Assembly: GCA_051294375.1 (NCBI GenBank)
Contig: CM119268.1
Location: forward strand, 17,362,502-17,426,501
Length of the DNA stretch: 64,000 nucleotides
Direction: 5' to 3'
Origin: Paraspadella gotoi
Taxonomy: Eukaryota; Animalia; Chaetognatha
The notes beneath the pieces are model-generated. The model worked only from the letters and a program-made list of their open reading frames with translations, was not told the DNA's origin and did not search any database. Positions 41,533 through 64,000 of this stretch are shown piece by piece. The translations under genes and the position numbers were made by a program. Numbering within the stretch: position 1 is the stretch's first letter; each line of letters starts with the position of its first letter.

Positions 41533-44500
41533 TCATAAAAAATCTTCTAAAGATTTGACTGAATCGAACAAAATCCTTTTCCCGTCAATGATTCTGTTTT
41601 CCTTGACTGCGTTGGCCACAATCGACTCCAGTTCTTTCTCGAATTCGTTTTGTTGTTGAGACGAAAGTTCCTCTTCGACTCTGAAGCTCATAAAGAGTCT
41701 GGCTTGCGTGATTCCAGAAGTCAACACCGAGACTCTCACGAAGTCCAGGTTAACCAGCTTGGTTTCCGCTGTGTAAAGTTTGACTCGAGTGTCGGCTGTA
41801 AAATCAAGAAAAGGAAAAATAAATCAAGTTAAACGAAAAAAATTGAATTTGAAAATAAATGTTAGCTTTAGACAAGTCATCGTCCGATGTACAAGCATCG
41901 CGATAATAACGCCATAAAATTAAGAAGCACAGTGCGGTGAGGGATGTCATATTAAATTACTCTGAATTAAGGAGTTATATCGCTTTTAACTTAAATTAAA
42001 TTTAAACAACAATGTGATCTTTTCAACTTAGTTAACATCTCTTATCACTGGTATGTTTAAACCGGTGCAGTGATTCGTTATACCCAGGGATTATACCTGG
42101 GTCGTACCGATGGGACCAATTGACCAATTGACCAATTGAGCCGTACGACCAACCTGACCAGTCAAAGAGTGTGAACATCTCCACCTCTCCTCACCATTGA
42201 AAAATCGCTTGGCGGCGAAATCCGTGATTTGGCGACGAAGCAAGTCGAAGTCTGTGGAGGCTGGGTCGGCCAGGCTGGACTTCCAGACAGAGTCGAGGGT
42301 GAGGAGGACGACGAAACGGAGGGTCGGATTGCTGAAAGGGTAGGTTGCTTGAGGGTAAGGTAATAATGACGCATAGATGTTTAACTTTATCGCAAACTCA
42401 TCGAAATTGAATTTGAACTCACTTCCGGGTAAGTTCTGATATCAAACATCAATCATTGACTCTTCTACCATTTTTTACGATTAAGGAGCTAAAGTGAAAA
42501 AACCATAATTTCGTTTTCTATTTCTGACATTCATCATTCATTCAAAAACTATGATCCTCATCATTTGTTATTCACCATCCATCAAGAAATTATGAACCCT
42601 TTTCATTCAGTCTTAATCTTGGACGTATTTACATCTCCCAACCTTTTCCCGTCGTCATTTCCCCATTTCTCTCTATTCAAAACGACGACCGTCACGATGC
42701 CGGCGAGAAGCAGCGCCACGAAAAGAGCGAAAATGACGCGCCACGCCCACACGATGACGCCGCTGCTCGATGACGACGCCTTTTTGACGCCGTTTGAATT
42801 CGCGGCGCTGTCGTCTTCGGGAGACGGAGCTTGAAAACAATAGGAGAACGATTTAACGTTCGTTCGTTCGTTCGTTCGTTCGTTCGTTCGTTCGTTCGTT
42901 CGTTCGTTCGTTCGTTCGTTCGTTCGTTCGTTCGTTCGTTCGTTCGTTCGTTCGTTCGTTCGTTCGTTCGTTCGTTCGTTCGTTCGTTCGTTCGTTCGTT
43001 CGTTCGTTCGTTCGTTCGTTCGTTCGTTCGTCGAGATACAGAATAATAAAGTTCCATGAGGCCCGAGTAATGTTGATCGCTGACAACAAAACGTACCGCG
43101 TCTATGCATCGTCGACCACAACCAGCCGGGGTGACGCCAATTCAGGTCATAATTTTCGGCGTCTTCAGAGGTTCCCCCTGTGGTGCCGTTTACAGGTACA
43201 TGAGGGGAGCCGTCCTGGTTTTCGCTGCACCGCGCGGCGCCAAACTCCAGATCGACGTTGGAGTCTAAACTGGGTCGTTTGCTGAAGTGAAAAAAAAGTG
43301 TTGGAAGGGTAGGAAAAAAAGAAAAGGAAAAAAAAAGATAGGAAAGTAAAAAATTTAAAAAAAGAAAAGGAAAGGAAAAGAAAAGAAAGGGAGAAAAAGA
43401 AAAGGAAAAAAAGAAAAGAAAGAGAAGAAACGAAAGTAAAGGGAAAAAAAGGAAGGGAAAGGAAAACAAAGATATGAAAGTCGTTAAAAATGAGTGGGGT
43501 GATACAGGCACCAAATAAAATGAAAGGGGATTTGTTTTGGAAAATAAGGTAAAAAAAGTGGCACCCACTGCCCCCAGTTAGAAGATTCCCCTTGCAACAC
43601 CTCACCTTCCCTCTAACCCTTCTTTTCCTTACCCTCCAGCACGGACGATCGTCGACAAACTCCTGAAAAACTTTGTTGACAATTTCGTCGGCGCGGGAGA
43701 GAGAGTCGGCAGCCAATCTTCCATCGGGGAGTTACTCTCACTCATTCGCGGCGTCTCCAGAGGGGGCGCGGAAGGCGGTGGATGCTGCGATTGACGAGGT
43801 GACTTCGGTTGCAGTTGATCTTGTTCATTACAAGTTAGTTTCTGCAGTTTCTGCGATTTCGAAGACGCATCGGGCACTTCCGATTTTTCTTTCCCAGTTT
43901 TCATTTTCTCCTCCAATTCCTGTCGAAACTGCTGCTGCGTCATTCGCTGCAGTCGCTGATTTCGCGGAGGGACGGGCGGTTTGGGCGTGTCCCGCGGCGT
44001 CGCTGGGACGTCGCCGTCGACGAGGATATCGGGGTGACTCCAGAATAGATGCTTGGAATCTTTGAGTCGGACGCTCGCCTTCTCCTCCCACTCGCGCCAC
44101 GATTGGACCGCTGGGCTGCTGAATGAGAGGGAGGGATTAGAACGTCAGCATTGATTGAGTAGTAGTTATTTGTTGTTCATGTCGTTTTACTGTTGTCTTG
44201 ACTGTTCGGCTGGTACAAGCTGGACAGTATTATAATAAAGAAATAAAAATTTACTTCTTACATAGTACTCTAAAAAGCTAAAAAAAAAACGTAATACGCA
44301 ACAAAATGTACTCGCCTGGACTTCTTTCGCGGACGAGGTTTTGGACCTTCGGCCTTCCCCAGGGTGGAGAGGTCGTCCATCGTCTTCGAACGAGACTTTA
44401 AACCTTTGAAAGGTACTTCGGGCGATCGCGCGGAGGACCTAATTGGAGGCGTGTTACCTCGAGAATTCACACTTGTCGTCTGATTAATCACAAAACTTCA

Positions 44501-44877
44501 CAAAAAACAGTTTTTCTCGAAGGTTCTCTCGAATGTGATTCCACTTACCCGGAGAGCGTCGTGAACGGCCGTTCTGGCGAATTTCTCGCCACCGCTGTTG
44601 CATCTCTCGACGGCGACTTTGCCTTTGCTTTCGCCGTCGCATTCGCCTTCGTCTTCGCCTTCGCCTTCGTATTCTGATACTTCGCCTCCGACGGCTCCTC
44701 GTACAAATCTTCGTGAACTTTGAAGGTGGCTCCTCTTTGAGGAAGAGTACCACGATCTTTTGTTTCCATTGGGTTTTTGTCGTCGGCGACGCTAGCGCCA
44801 GATGCGTCCCGCGGGAAAAACTCGTAAGTGAAGGAGCCTGAGCGATTTTGGGGTTTGGGTGGCACCGGAGGGGGCAT
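41533..44877 (-). CDS. Type II membrane protein (~580 aa): disordered N-terminus, TM helix, C-terminal SEA-like domain
   Basis: Exons 44877-44549, 44471-44316, 44118-43633, 43281-43097, 42829-42643 (TM VIVWAWRVIFALFVALLLAGIVTVVVL), 42331-42195 (LRFVVLLTLDSVWKSSLADPASTDFDLLRRQI, SEA-like), 41795-41533. All phases fit if one AAG acceptor and one GC donor are used. Confidence 0.75.
42857..43030. repeat. (TTCG)n tetranucleotide microsatellite, intronic
   Basis: Perfect CGTT/TTCG run of about 43 units. Confidence 0.95.
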
Positions 44878-45336
44878 TGCTCGGTTTGGGTAAGCTTTTT
44901 GAAGGGTCGTAAATTGTGTACGGATTTTAACTCTTAATGTTCAATGTGATACATGTGGTTTGGTTCTTTTGCTTTGTTTTTGTTTTTTTTTAGTTGGGTT
45001 TTCCTGTTGTTTTTTTTCGGGTTCAATTAAAGACGAATCAAATTTTGTGAAAACATTTTTGGAAATAAGAAAGGCATTGAAATTAAAATTAAATTAAAAA
45101 TTAAATAAAATCAAAATGCACTTTTGAATTAGTAGTCAATATAAATAATAAGAAATCGAATAATTTTCGTTTGTTTCGTTGACTGAGTCTGAACAATGGC
45201 GCATAAAAGAAAACGGAAAATGGGAAAACCTGAGAATCATATTGCTAAGCGATGAAAGTTTAATCTTGAGTAGAGAAGCTAATAATAACCACGAGCAGAC
45301 TTCATCAAGTGATTGGCATCGGTTTGGTATTCTTTG

Positions 45337-45482
<146 letters not shown>

Positions 45483-45773
45483 TTCCTCTCTTTCGCTTTC
45501 TCTCTGTTGAAATCTTTTTCAATCTGACAGAAGAATTTTGCATTATTCGTGAATTAATAACAAAAACTATGCATTATTAAAAAAAAATATGACATAATTT
45601 GTAACGAATGGTTGACTAAGACCTAGTTGCCTCTTCATAACTGAATCATAAATCTAAATCATGTGAGTTTACCTACTGCTAGTGAGATTATTTAGTCTTT
45701 GCTAAAAATTTCCTTAATGTAATTGAAGCCCCTAAACTTTCAAACGTTAACACTCTACGAAAAGTTACAAGGA

Positions 45774-45857
<84 letters not shown>

Positions 45858-46885
45858 TTGATTCTTTCTTCCGTCCTTCCGTCCATCCGTCATCCGTCCC
45901 ACCGTTCCTCGCTCTGTTTGTTTCAAAGAAATGAAAAAAAGAAGACGAGGTCTCGATTTTCGCGTGTGTCCCTGGGTTTCCATATCTGGATGTCCTAGTA
46001 ACGTATCGTCTTTATCATTATTTTGAGTTTGGACGAACGTATTTTGCCCTGCGTTGAGCTTAAGATATAACGGAATACCGTTACACAATTGGGAAGGCAC
46101 GAAATGAAAGGCCGAAACCCGCGGGCCGGTTTTTGGGATAAATTTTTTGACATGAAGGAAGTGGGAAGGAATGATGGAGAAAAAAAATTCAAAAAGAAAA
46201 AAAAAATGAAAGTCCGGAAATAAACAAAAGGATTTAGAATTAATATTGTTCGCGCTAATTGGCTGGAAATTAAAAAGAGAACAAAAATGGGAGATCGAAA
46301 CAGGTGAACTTCATCATTTAAGCGATTTTAATTTAAATTCAAACTTAAATTTAATCAAAACTTGATAAGAATTACTATAATTTATAACTTTATAATTAAA
46401 GTTTTTTTATTTAACAGAATATTTACCTTCAAGCCGGAAGAACTCATGTCTCCCGGAAAGTAAGTCTGGCCCTATAAATATTAAAAAGTTAAAACGATTA
46501 TTTAAAAAAAAAATACTAATAATTTTTTTTTTGTTTGAAATATTTCATTTTTTTCCAAGCTCAAGCTACGATGCCATGAATCATTGGCTGCCGCAAATTT
46601 ATCGAAAACCTCCCGTCGAATTCAAGAACAAAATAAATCCCCCAGTAATTAAAATCTATTAATAGAAGGCTTACATTATAGCGTAAACATGTCCGAAATT
46701 TATGTTTCATAATAAAAGTCGTTGTATGTTAACAAACAATTCATTTTCCACCTAAAATAGAAGATTCACATGAAAAAAAAAATATATGGATAAAAAGTGA
46801 AAACTATTCTCGTTTCGAATCCAGTTTCGAATTTAATTTTGTTTAACTTTTTTCATATTTGACAAGTTGACTTTATTTTGCCCAG

Positions 46886-48737
46886 GACTCCAAAGGTCGA
46901 CTGAACAGACTCCCGCCCCTTACGAACACATCGGAGAACAGCAACGGACTCCTCGACTTTGGTTACTTCGGCAAACCCTCGCAGAATCGACGGGACCCGG
47001 GTTTGCCAAGGTGAGGTCGATGAAGCGCGCTGCTGGGGTGATATCGAATACTGCTACAGTCTTTGCGTATTATTGACGTTTAACTTAGATTTATTACTTC
47101 CTGTTTACCATTCTAAATAACAAAATAATAATCTTAAATGCGACTATCGCAAGATCTTCGGTTTTTGATGACCCTTTACAATTTTGGTTTGGATGATTCA
47201 GGATGCGAACCGGTAGAATCGGATCGAGTTGGAGAAATATCACTCAAGTCTTGGGAAATCGTGGCAATCAAGTTCTCTTCATCGACGGTAATTTTGATCA
47301 GAATAAAACCCTTTGTTATTTAAATATATTCAGTTCAACATTGTCATTTAACATTGTCTTCTTCAACATCTTTTATCATTCAATGTACAGTTTTACTCAA
47401 TATATTTATTTTTTCATATTTTTCATAATAAACTATGTTTGTCTCTTTATTTTAAATAGTTTATACGGTTCTGATTAATCTCGAGATCTGGATACAAAAA
47501 TAACTCATGACCTCATCCTCTTAATAGCGATACGCACTTCGAGCAAAACTAATACAGCGTTCGCCTTTTGTTCTCATTTTAAGTTTTAGACTTTGTTTTT
47601 TTAAATTGTTTTCCTTTCGATCTTTACTTCTCGATCACTTTATTCGCTCAGACGAAACGTAAACAAGTTAAATCACATGCAAATTCGAATCACAATAGTC
47701 TCTCGCTTTCTCTGTTTGATTTTGTATTAAATGAAATGTCGTAGTGTTCCTGTTTTAGCCGGGAAGGAGTGGGGATTTATCGTCTGACTCGAAGTATTAT
47801 TCCTTCAGTATTAAAAAACAAAAATGTTTAAAAACCTTTTTTTTATCAACTTGATATTATAAGATTATAAAAAATAAATAAAATTTGGTTAAAGAAAAGA
47901 AATGCTTGTTTGCGAAATTTGTAATTTTGTAGTGTCATATCAAAAAAACAATGATCCAATCTTTTCAAAGTTTCCCTCCTCCAACGTACCCTCCCCTTAA
48001 AAAAGGCTCCGTCAAAACGAGCGACAACATCCGTTTCCCGTGGGCCATGGGAGAGTTCGGCCCCATGGAGTCCGAATCCAGCGCCTCCTACGTCGCCCCG
48101 CGTCTCTTCAGCTCCGATCAATTCGCTTACCCGTCGGCGCCGATCAATTACGACTTTGAACCCGATGGGGTGCAAGCAGGTGGGAAAATGAGAGGCAATC
48201 AGTTGAGGAAGTTACGGGCAAGCCGGTGGGAAAAAGGGATGCAAGGAGGTGGGGAAATGACGGAAAATCAGGTGGAAAAATGTGGGGCAAGCAGGTAGGG
48301 AAGTGAACGGTAAGGAAGTTTGAAAATGTGGAGCAAGCGGGAGGGGAAATGAAGGATATGCATTATGCAAGTAGGAAAATGAGGGGCGAGCAGGTGGGGA
48401 AATAAGAGGCAAGTGGTGTAGGAGATAAAGACCGAGAAGGTGAGAAAATAAGGGGCAACCAGTTTAGTGGCAAGCTGATTACCAGATGGGCGAACTGAAA
48501 GGGCACGCAGTTTTGGACTTTAATGGCGTTTTGGAGTGCCAAGGAGTATCCGAGCTCAGGCAGAAAAATTAGTCTCACTCCAGACAATTTTATCACGTGA
48601 TTATTCACAATTTTAAAGGAAACGGATTCGGGGAAACGAATGGCTCATTTGGTCCGACAGACGTGGCTGCCGGGGTTGACGCCATCGGCGGGGCGTCGGC
48701 AACATCGCGCCGGAAATTCATCATCCGCCGGCGATGA
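46886..48737 (+). CDS. Fragmentary multi-exon gene of unknown function
   Basis: Exon-like segments with AG/GT ends at 46886-47010, 47202-47287, ~47971-48179 and 48661-48737; model incomplete, no family recognised. Confidence 0.35.
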
Positions 48738-48811
48738 GAGACGAGGCTCACAATCCGACGCCGGATCCCAGCTCGACACAACGAGAGTCCGCCGATCCAG
48801 GTTTTGTGCTC

Positions 48812-48868
<57 letters not shown>

Positions 48869-48900
48869 CTCTCTCTCTCTCTCTCTCTCCTCTCTCTCTC

Positions 48901-48931
<31 letters not shown>

Positions 48932-49070
48932 TTTCTCTTCTTCCCTGTCTCTCTCTTCTCTCTCTCTCTCTCGCTCTCTCTTTCTTTATTTCCCTCTCTA
49001 CCGATCTGACAAAAAATAGTTTTTTCAATATGATTTAAGAGCAATAATAGACGAATATAAAATTTGATTC

Positions 49071-49110
<40 letters not shown>

Positions 49111-50118
49111 TCTGTCTCTCTCTTCCTCTCCCTCTGTTTTCACAGATGGAACCAATCTCGCGGGATCAGTCGTGGGATCACGAATCTTCTGTCGATAATT
49201 CTTAGATCGAACCTTTTGGAAAATGAGATGTCCTTTGTCCGTTTATCAGATAAATTCATTGTTAGTAACTTTTGGCTCATTTTACTACATTCGTTGCCCA
49301 ATGGCCCGTTTTTGATTTCGTAGATTTCCAATATTTTTTTGAAGAATTTATAGAAACTATTTAATCACTTCAATATGCTTGTTTTCCCATAAAATATTTA
49401 ACGCTTGCTTATTAGTATTTTTTTCTGTTTTTCATTAAAAAAATATGATAAAATATTGTTTGCGCAACCGTAATACGTACATATTTACGTGTATACTTCC
49501 GCTTTTCTTAGAGTTTTTCTTCCTTCATAAAACATTTCTTCTTTTATAGGCTCCGCGGAAACAGTAAAAAGTGCGGATGTAAAAAAGTTATTTTCAAAGC
49601 GTATAATTTAATTTTGAAATAAAACCCAAAAAAAACCTGTGCACTAATTTGTTTTTCTTCTCAGTTTCGTTTGAGCCTAAAATAAAAGTTAATTTCGTTG
49701 GTTTCCACAACACTGAGGACGACGACGACGACGACGAAGACGACGACGACGACGACGACGAAGACGAAGACGTCGGCTTTTCTAATTCCAACCCGGTTAA
49801 AAAAAGATAGAAGAAACTAGAATTCCCAAAAATCACTTTGATTTCAAATGTTACAGAGATACATCATTCAAAGGGTACTTTTAACAAAAAAGTACTGAAC
49901 GACAATTAGCCCGACATTAAAGAAGTCTAATGAAATCAAACTGCTCCTGTTCGACCCTGATAAATGTATGCATATGCACATCTTAGGATCCACCAGAAGA
50001 AAGAAATTTCATACACGCAAAAGAACAAACTTTGTGTTTGATCTTTTGTCCGTTTTCTTTTTTTCTTTTTCGTTTTTTTTTTTCTCCGTCCGGTCGTCGT
50101 GATCGGATTACCTCTCTC

Positions 50119-50151
<33 letters not shown>

Positions 50152-50896
50152 CTTCTCTCTCCTCTCTCTCTCTCTCTCTCTCCTCTGGAATAAGAATTTC
50201 GTCATTCCTCTCGTGTAACAAAAAAGAGAGAAAATGCAACAATCTTTTTCGCTTATTTAAAACGATTTCTTTTCACACAGTAGTGTCTCACAGCTTTTGC
50301 GCGTCTTCATCAAGATTGGGAATCGTCCTTCGCTTAATTTAAATTGACAAAGAACAACCTTTTTCGACGCTTACTTAATCAGACTCTGTTTAAAATTTAT
50401 ATCTTACCAACGTTTTGATTTAAAAATCTTTTCTCAAACAAAATGGTTTAAAGTCCAGTTAATTCCTTAAAATTGGATTAAGTGTTTCCAATCGTAATAA
50501 ATTTATCGTGGGACGTCCTTTTTGTCTCTTGCCACATAAATCCTTGACAATCGGTAATATATTTTTTTATTTGATTAATTTCTTTTACAATCGTCCAGCC
50601 ACCCTATATCTCTTTCTTCCAGTTTCGAATGAAAAATGAAGAAAATAACGAAATCGCGAAGATTGAAATTCGCTTTTTTCGCATTTCTTTTATTCGTCGT
50701 CAAGAAAAAGAATTTATTGTGATTATTTCTTTTCTTATCCGTCCGATAATCGATCGATGCATCCAATTTATTCAATCAGTAATTTGAATCATTTAAAAAC
50801 TAAAACAAACAAAAGCGAAAACACCGGTCTCACAAATTGGCAATAATTTTACGAGATTCTTGCGACATCCCCGGCACCAACCAAAAACACAGCAAA

Positions 50897-50974
<78 letters not shown>

Positions 50975-51402
50975 CTCTCACTGACAGTTAGAACGGTTTT
51001 TTTTTGGGTAATTTTGGAACTTTTTCCCTAAGTATTTTGGACCGAAAGAAGATTTGCATTAAATTTCGCCTTAATCACAAATTGTTTTAGTTTCAATATA
51101 CATAAAAATCTTTTTTAAAACTAAATAAATGATTTAAGAAAAAAAGTAAACTAAAGTAAACTACACGCTGTTACTCTAGATGCAAGCCTGGCGCGTCAAA
51201 TGGTAACGGTTGAAAAAACCTGACCTTCAAAGAAAGAAAAAAAAGGAAGGAAATAAGGGAGGGAAGGATGCGAACTCGATAAGGAAAAAAAGAAAAAAGA
51301 AAACATAAAGAAAGAAAAAAGAATGAAAAGAAAGAAAGAAAGACCGATAAGAAAGAAAGAAAGAAAGAAAGACCGATAAGAAAGAAAGAAAGAAATACCG
51401 AT

Positions 51403-51486
<84 letters not shown>

Positions 51487-52580
51487 AATAAAAAAAATTA
51501 AAAGATAAAGAAAAAAAATACAAGAAAAAAATAGCAGATTTCCGCAGCTTGGAAATATTTAAAGAAGTTTTTCCAACCTTCGATCCGCTTTCATCAATTT
51601 GTGTTAGAAAGAAAGAGGCAAAGTAAAACAATCTGAAAGTAGCAACCGATTAAAGGAAAACTAACAATATCTCGATGACTTTTTGGCGATTGTTTTTTGA
51701 GCAAACGTAAACGACATTATTATCATCTACTCTCAATCTAATATCACATTATTATCTTCTAATATATCTATTATTACTGAAAAAAACCTGAAAAGTTGAA
51801 AACCAACCTTGGTTTAATTTATTCAAATTCTCATATTTCCTAATTTCGTCGTTTGCATTTGGACATTGTGTAATCTTTTTCATCAGTTGTTTACAACTAC
51901 TTTTACATTTACTAATAAGTGATTGACGACGAGATAATTCTGTGATTCCCTGACTCTGTGATTCGCGCCCTTCTTTCGTCTCACGCGGGTGTTTGGACTC
52001 TCCCTCTTTTCTCCGCCCGTCCCTCTCAGCTTTAAAAAAAAGTGAAAAATCGATCGAACGATCAAACTGTTGTCGTCACGTGACCATAAAACCGCAACTT
52101 GTCTTTCAAAACTTTTGTTTTCTTTATGTTTCTTTTTACATACGCTCTAAAGAAAGAAAAATTGTTTTGTTTTTCTTCAGAACAAACCGCAGCGTTCAAC
52201 AAAAATCGATTACCTCGATGGAAATTTAATCACCTGAACTTATTTTTTATCTTTCCCCGTTTCACTTTCACGACGAGATTCTAGGATTCACTCAGAATTG
52301 GTTCTTCCACTTTTTATCCTCATTTTAAATCGTCGCCCGCAGACATCCGTCAGATACTAGTCTTCTTAAGATAACCAATATAGTCCTCTGTATCCATCCC
52401 ACAACTTCAATCATCGCACCACGCACAATTCCGAGCCACATCATCCCCTTCTCCGCCACGAAGATCTCTTAGCTTTAAAACAACCAACCTCGTCGAGCCA
52501 CTCGACGCTCTTTACTCCCACGACCTCCTTCAAGCTCCCATCTCTCCGTCCACCCTCGCGTCTCCACCGGCTTCGTCGCC

Positions 52581-55895
<3,315 letters not shown>

Positions 55896-56785
55896 AGAGA
55901 GGTCTCGCGATAGATTGTCGGGTACTACCCCGAGTTCGTTAAGAAAAATTAAATTGACAAAGAACTTGTACTTAAAAAAAAAATGAGACCTAAATTGATA
56001 TAAATATTAATTGATAATTAGAGTACGCACTAGGATTTTATTTTTTTGAATCTATTATAAAACCGATAGAAAATTGTCGACTACCCTTTGCAATGAAATA
56101 AAATTTTGTACGTGACAATTGACATTATAATACCGAAAAAGATTTACGAAATAAAATGAAACCTAGGTATAAAATGAAATGTAGAATCAATCCATTCTCA
56201 TTTCTTAAATTCTGAGGTGACCTATGACAATGCAGTAAATATGTTGTATGAGCTAACATGCATCACAGAAATCTTTTAAAAATTAATCTGGATAAGAAAA
56301 AAAAACAGGATTTTATACCTTCAAAAATGATTTATTTATACAGCCCGAACATTGTCAACTCATCTCTGAATTTATATCTCAAATATTGGTTGATTTGTTT
56401 TCTTTTGGATATGTTTTTTTTTTAATTTTGCTTATTCGCATGCTTTGAAAACGCTTAATCATTATTAAATAAATATACCTGCCTTAAGTCAATCTGTCTA
56501 GATGCTTTCTGATAACTTTATTGCAAAGTAGTCTAACGATAATGAATCGGAAACTAAATCTAAGGACTTTATTGTATTTCTTTTGAAAGAAGTGAAATTG
56601 TTATATTTGATGAACACGAAAGTCGGAGCAGATTAAAGAAAAAAGAACGAAAAATGAAAAATAATAAGTCGCTCTTAGTACGAATTCCATTTGAGAAATA
56701 AGATTTATAAGTAATAATTCTAATAATGCTACTAGTATTAATAGTAATCAAATTAAGTTATCATTGGTGAAACGAGTTTCAAATA

Positions 56786-61217
<4,432 letters not shown>

Positions 61218-61436
61218 GGCGTTGAGAGGGGGAAGGCTGAAATTGTGAGACGACGATGAAAACGACGATGAAGACGACGACGAAGACGACAACGAAGATT
61301 TCTTAGGTTTCGGCTTTATAACCGCGAAAAAATAGGAAGTCTTTTCTCTTCGCGCATCTTTGCGGCTGAAATGAAGAAAAAGTGGATAGGAAATCGGAAA
61401 TCGAAAATGAAGATTCAAGACTTGGAATTTTAATCA

Positions 61437-61534
<98 letters not shown>

Positions 61535-62075
61535 TGCGTAAGTCCATCAGTAAGTCCTGGTTGAAACTTCCGATCCCCACCGTCCGATTTCGTGACGGTT
61601 AAAAGAAAAAATAATTTTTTTTTGGAAAACTTATTTTAAATTTTATAGTTTTGGGTAAAATGAAGATGAATTTATTCAGTTAGACTGGAGCTACTTAAGA
61701 CGCCTCAGGATGCGTTGCCAGGTCGCGTGCAGGAATCGAGTGTTGGGTGCTCATGAAACGACGACGATGACAAGAACCAGGACGAAGATAATGACGATCC
61801 GCATGTCATTCTTAATATTTGCTTCTTTTAAATAGACATTAGATTTCTAGGTCTCAAGACCATGTACGTACGTTAGCAAATGATTTGAAGAATACGAAGA
61901 AATGTTTTGGGTATAAATACTTATTTTTAAAAACTATGTAAAATAAAATATTCGGATATGGTGTATAAAGACTCGACATACAAAATATCAAGTGGAATAA
62001 CTACCTTTAGAATTAGAGAATGAAGCTTAAGATAGCGATGGAAGAAGTTAGGTTATAAGAGAGAGAGAGAGGAGA

Positions 62076-62145
<70 letters not shown>

Positions 62146-62399
62146 CTTGGCTCGATTTTTTAATTTTCTCTAAAAAACGAAAAAATCCAAACTATTTTTC
62201 CAAACCCCGGATCGTGCCAAAATTCTGTATTGATTTGTAGAAGCCAAAATATTTTTCTGTTTTTAAGTCTAAGGTATTTCAACAATTTTTTTTTTTTTTT
62301 TGTGAATATTTTTTACGGTTTTTTTAGTATTTTTTTTTGCCTAACCTTCAAGATTGCATGATCTCTCGCCTCTCCTCTCTCTCTCTCTCTCTCCCTCTC

Positions 62400-62432
<33 letters not shown>

Positions 62433-64000
62433 AACCTGAAAAAAAGGGATTTGGCGGGCGGAACGGTTCCGCCTCCTCAGTTCTTACTTTTTCAGATTCT
62501 CTTTTTTGTTTCGATATGTAAAACCAGAAATTCTTCGGCGCCGAAAACAAAGCGCCTGAGCAGAGAAATTATCAGAGAAAGAAATGCGTAGCTCTTTAGT
62601 TTTATTTATTATTGTATTTTTTTGTTTGTTTTTCGCTTGCAAAGGTATTTTCAACCACCGAGAATTTACGAAATAGATTATGACGAAAAAATTCTTGTTG
62701 TTACTGATTTTATAATTTATTTTCCGGTCGAAACAGTAGATTTTGAAAATTAGTTCAGAGATATTTATTGAATAGCTGAAAACATTTAGTAAGACATTAA
62801 GATATTACTTTTTTTCATTTTTTAAAATTTTTTGTTGGTAACAAGAGGCTTCAAGTCATATTTAGTACATTAAGATCGAGGTTAACACGCTTGAATTAGA
62901 TTTAAGTCACCGTCGTTATCCTTGGGAGCAGTTTAAACAATTATCGGATTATTCATCACGTTCAGATGTGAAAAGATTTACGAAACATTTATTTTAGCAT
63001 AAATTCTTCATAACCTTTTTTTCAATAAATTCAAAAATATCCACAGTTATCTTTTTATTTTGATCCACAGGTCGCAAAAGCGAAGCGGAACGATTTGAAT
63101 CTCATGGATGGAAAATAATTCGAATTTTGAGCCAAGAGAGGTCTCTTTAGGTCCGATAGTTTTGTCACATAGCCGGTTTAAAACAAAAGAATAGTAAAAC
63201 CAATAAAAAATGCTTGAATAATAAAATATCCATTTTCTCGTTGTCGAATTAAGTCTTTGAATTTTTTTGGCAGTTATTGCAAGTAATATTTTCTTTTAGA
63301 ATCCAATATGTTATCCAATATTTAGTCGGTACTCATTAAATCTGGACGTGAGACATATGTGACACAAAATAGCACTTTGCAGTATATTAAGTCATTTCCA
63401 CCAGAGGCTTATAATAAAACAAGCATCCAGCGAGTTTTAAAAATGTTTTACCTCGTTGTATTTATGTCTATCTAGGCCTATCATTAAGACTTTTACTTTT
63501 AAACAAAATAAAAACTTATTCCCTGTGACTTTTAAGAACTCAAAGTAAGGAGCTGAAAAATCAGTCAAACATCAAGTATGTAAAAAAAAGTAGTCTTTGA
63601 ACTATCATGCTTTTAATTTTAAATATTAATATTTTTAACAATATAATATTGTAATTCTCGCTATCCGTTATCCGATACTTAATATCTAATACCACGAACG
63701 CAAAACGGCTTTTTTTCGGGATCTATGGCAGACGCGCAGGGGTCCCATTTACCAGAGCAGACGAAGATCCCAAATTCTTATTCAACGGATCGACCCTCTC
63801 TCTCTTCTTCTCTAAAAAAATGGCGGATCGGAGAGAAATGGAAGAAGTGAGATGGAAATGAGGAGGTTGAAGTGATAAAGGTGGAGAAGTGATGGGGAAG
63901 GAAGTGATAGAAATGTGGTAGATCGTGGTGTGTCAAGAGGACTGTTGGTTACGGTGGAGTGATGAAAAGATTAAGCGAGTTAAAAATATTTTTTGCTGAC

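Noticed and set aside
42603-43568. 321-aa ORF with (TNER)n repeat
   Set aside because: Read-through of two real exons across a (TTCG)n intron and a T-rich intron.

Overview
Draft-quality genomic DNA from an invertebrate animal: AT-rich introns, GC-rich exons, GT-AG splicing, abundant (AG)n microsatellites and four N-gaps. Most ORF-track entries are microsatellite or antisense artefacts. Genes reconstructed by hand: TMEM144 (minus, first exon not found); a TMEM200-like gene; a 1.7-kb low-complexity exon; a secreted/membrane protein with 9 LDL-receptor class A repeats, a nested antisense Cys-rich gene and two alternative transmembrane last exons (part of it duplicated, probably an assembly artefact); a type II membrane protein with a C-terminal SEA-like domain; an innexin; and CCDC85. 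Mobile DNA: a fold-back MITE with 8-bp target-site duplication, a 1-kb LTR with a PBS-like site, and a 1.9-kb CACTG-ended non-autonomous transposon. The main finding is a dispersed element present twice (~14.4 kb and ~54.3 kb, the second inside an innexin intron) in which a tRNA-like Pol III head is directly followed by a predicted circularly permuted (type-P5) twister ribozyme. The two copies differ by compensatory changes in P3, P4, P5 and pseudoknot T2. All structures were assigned by eye; none is computationally or experimentally verified.
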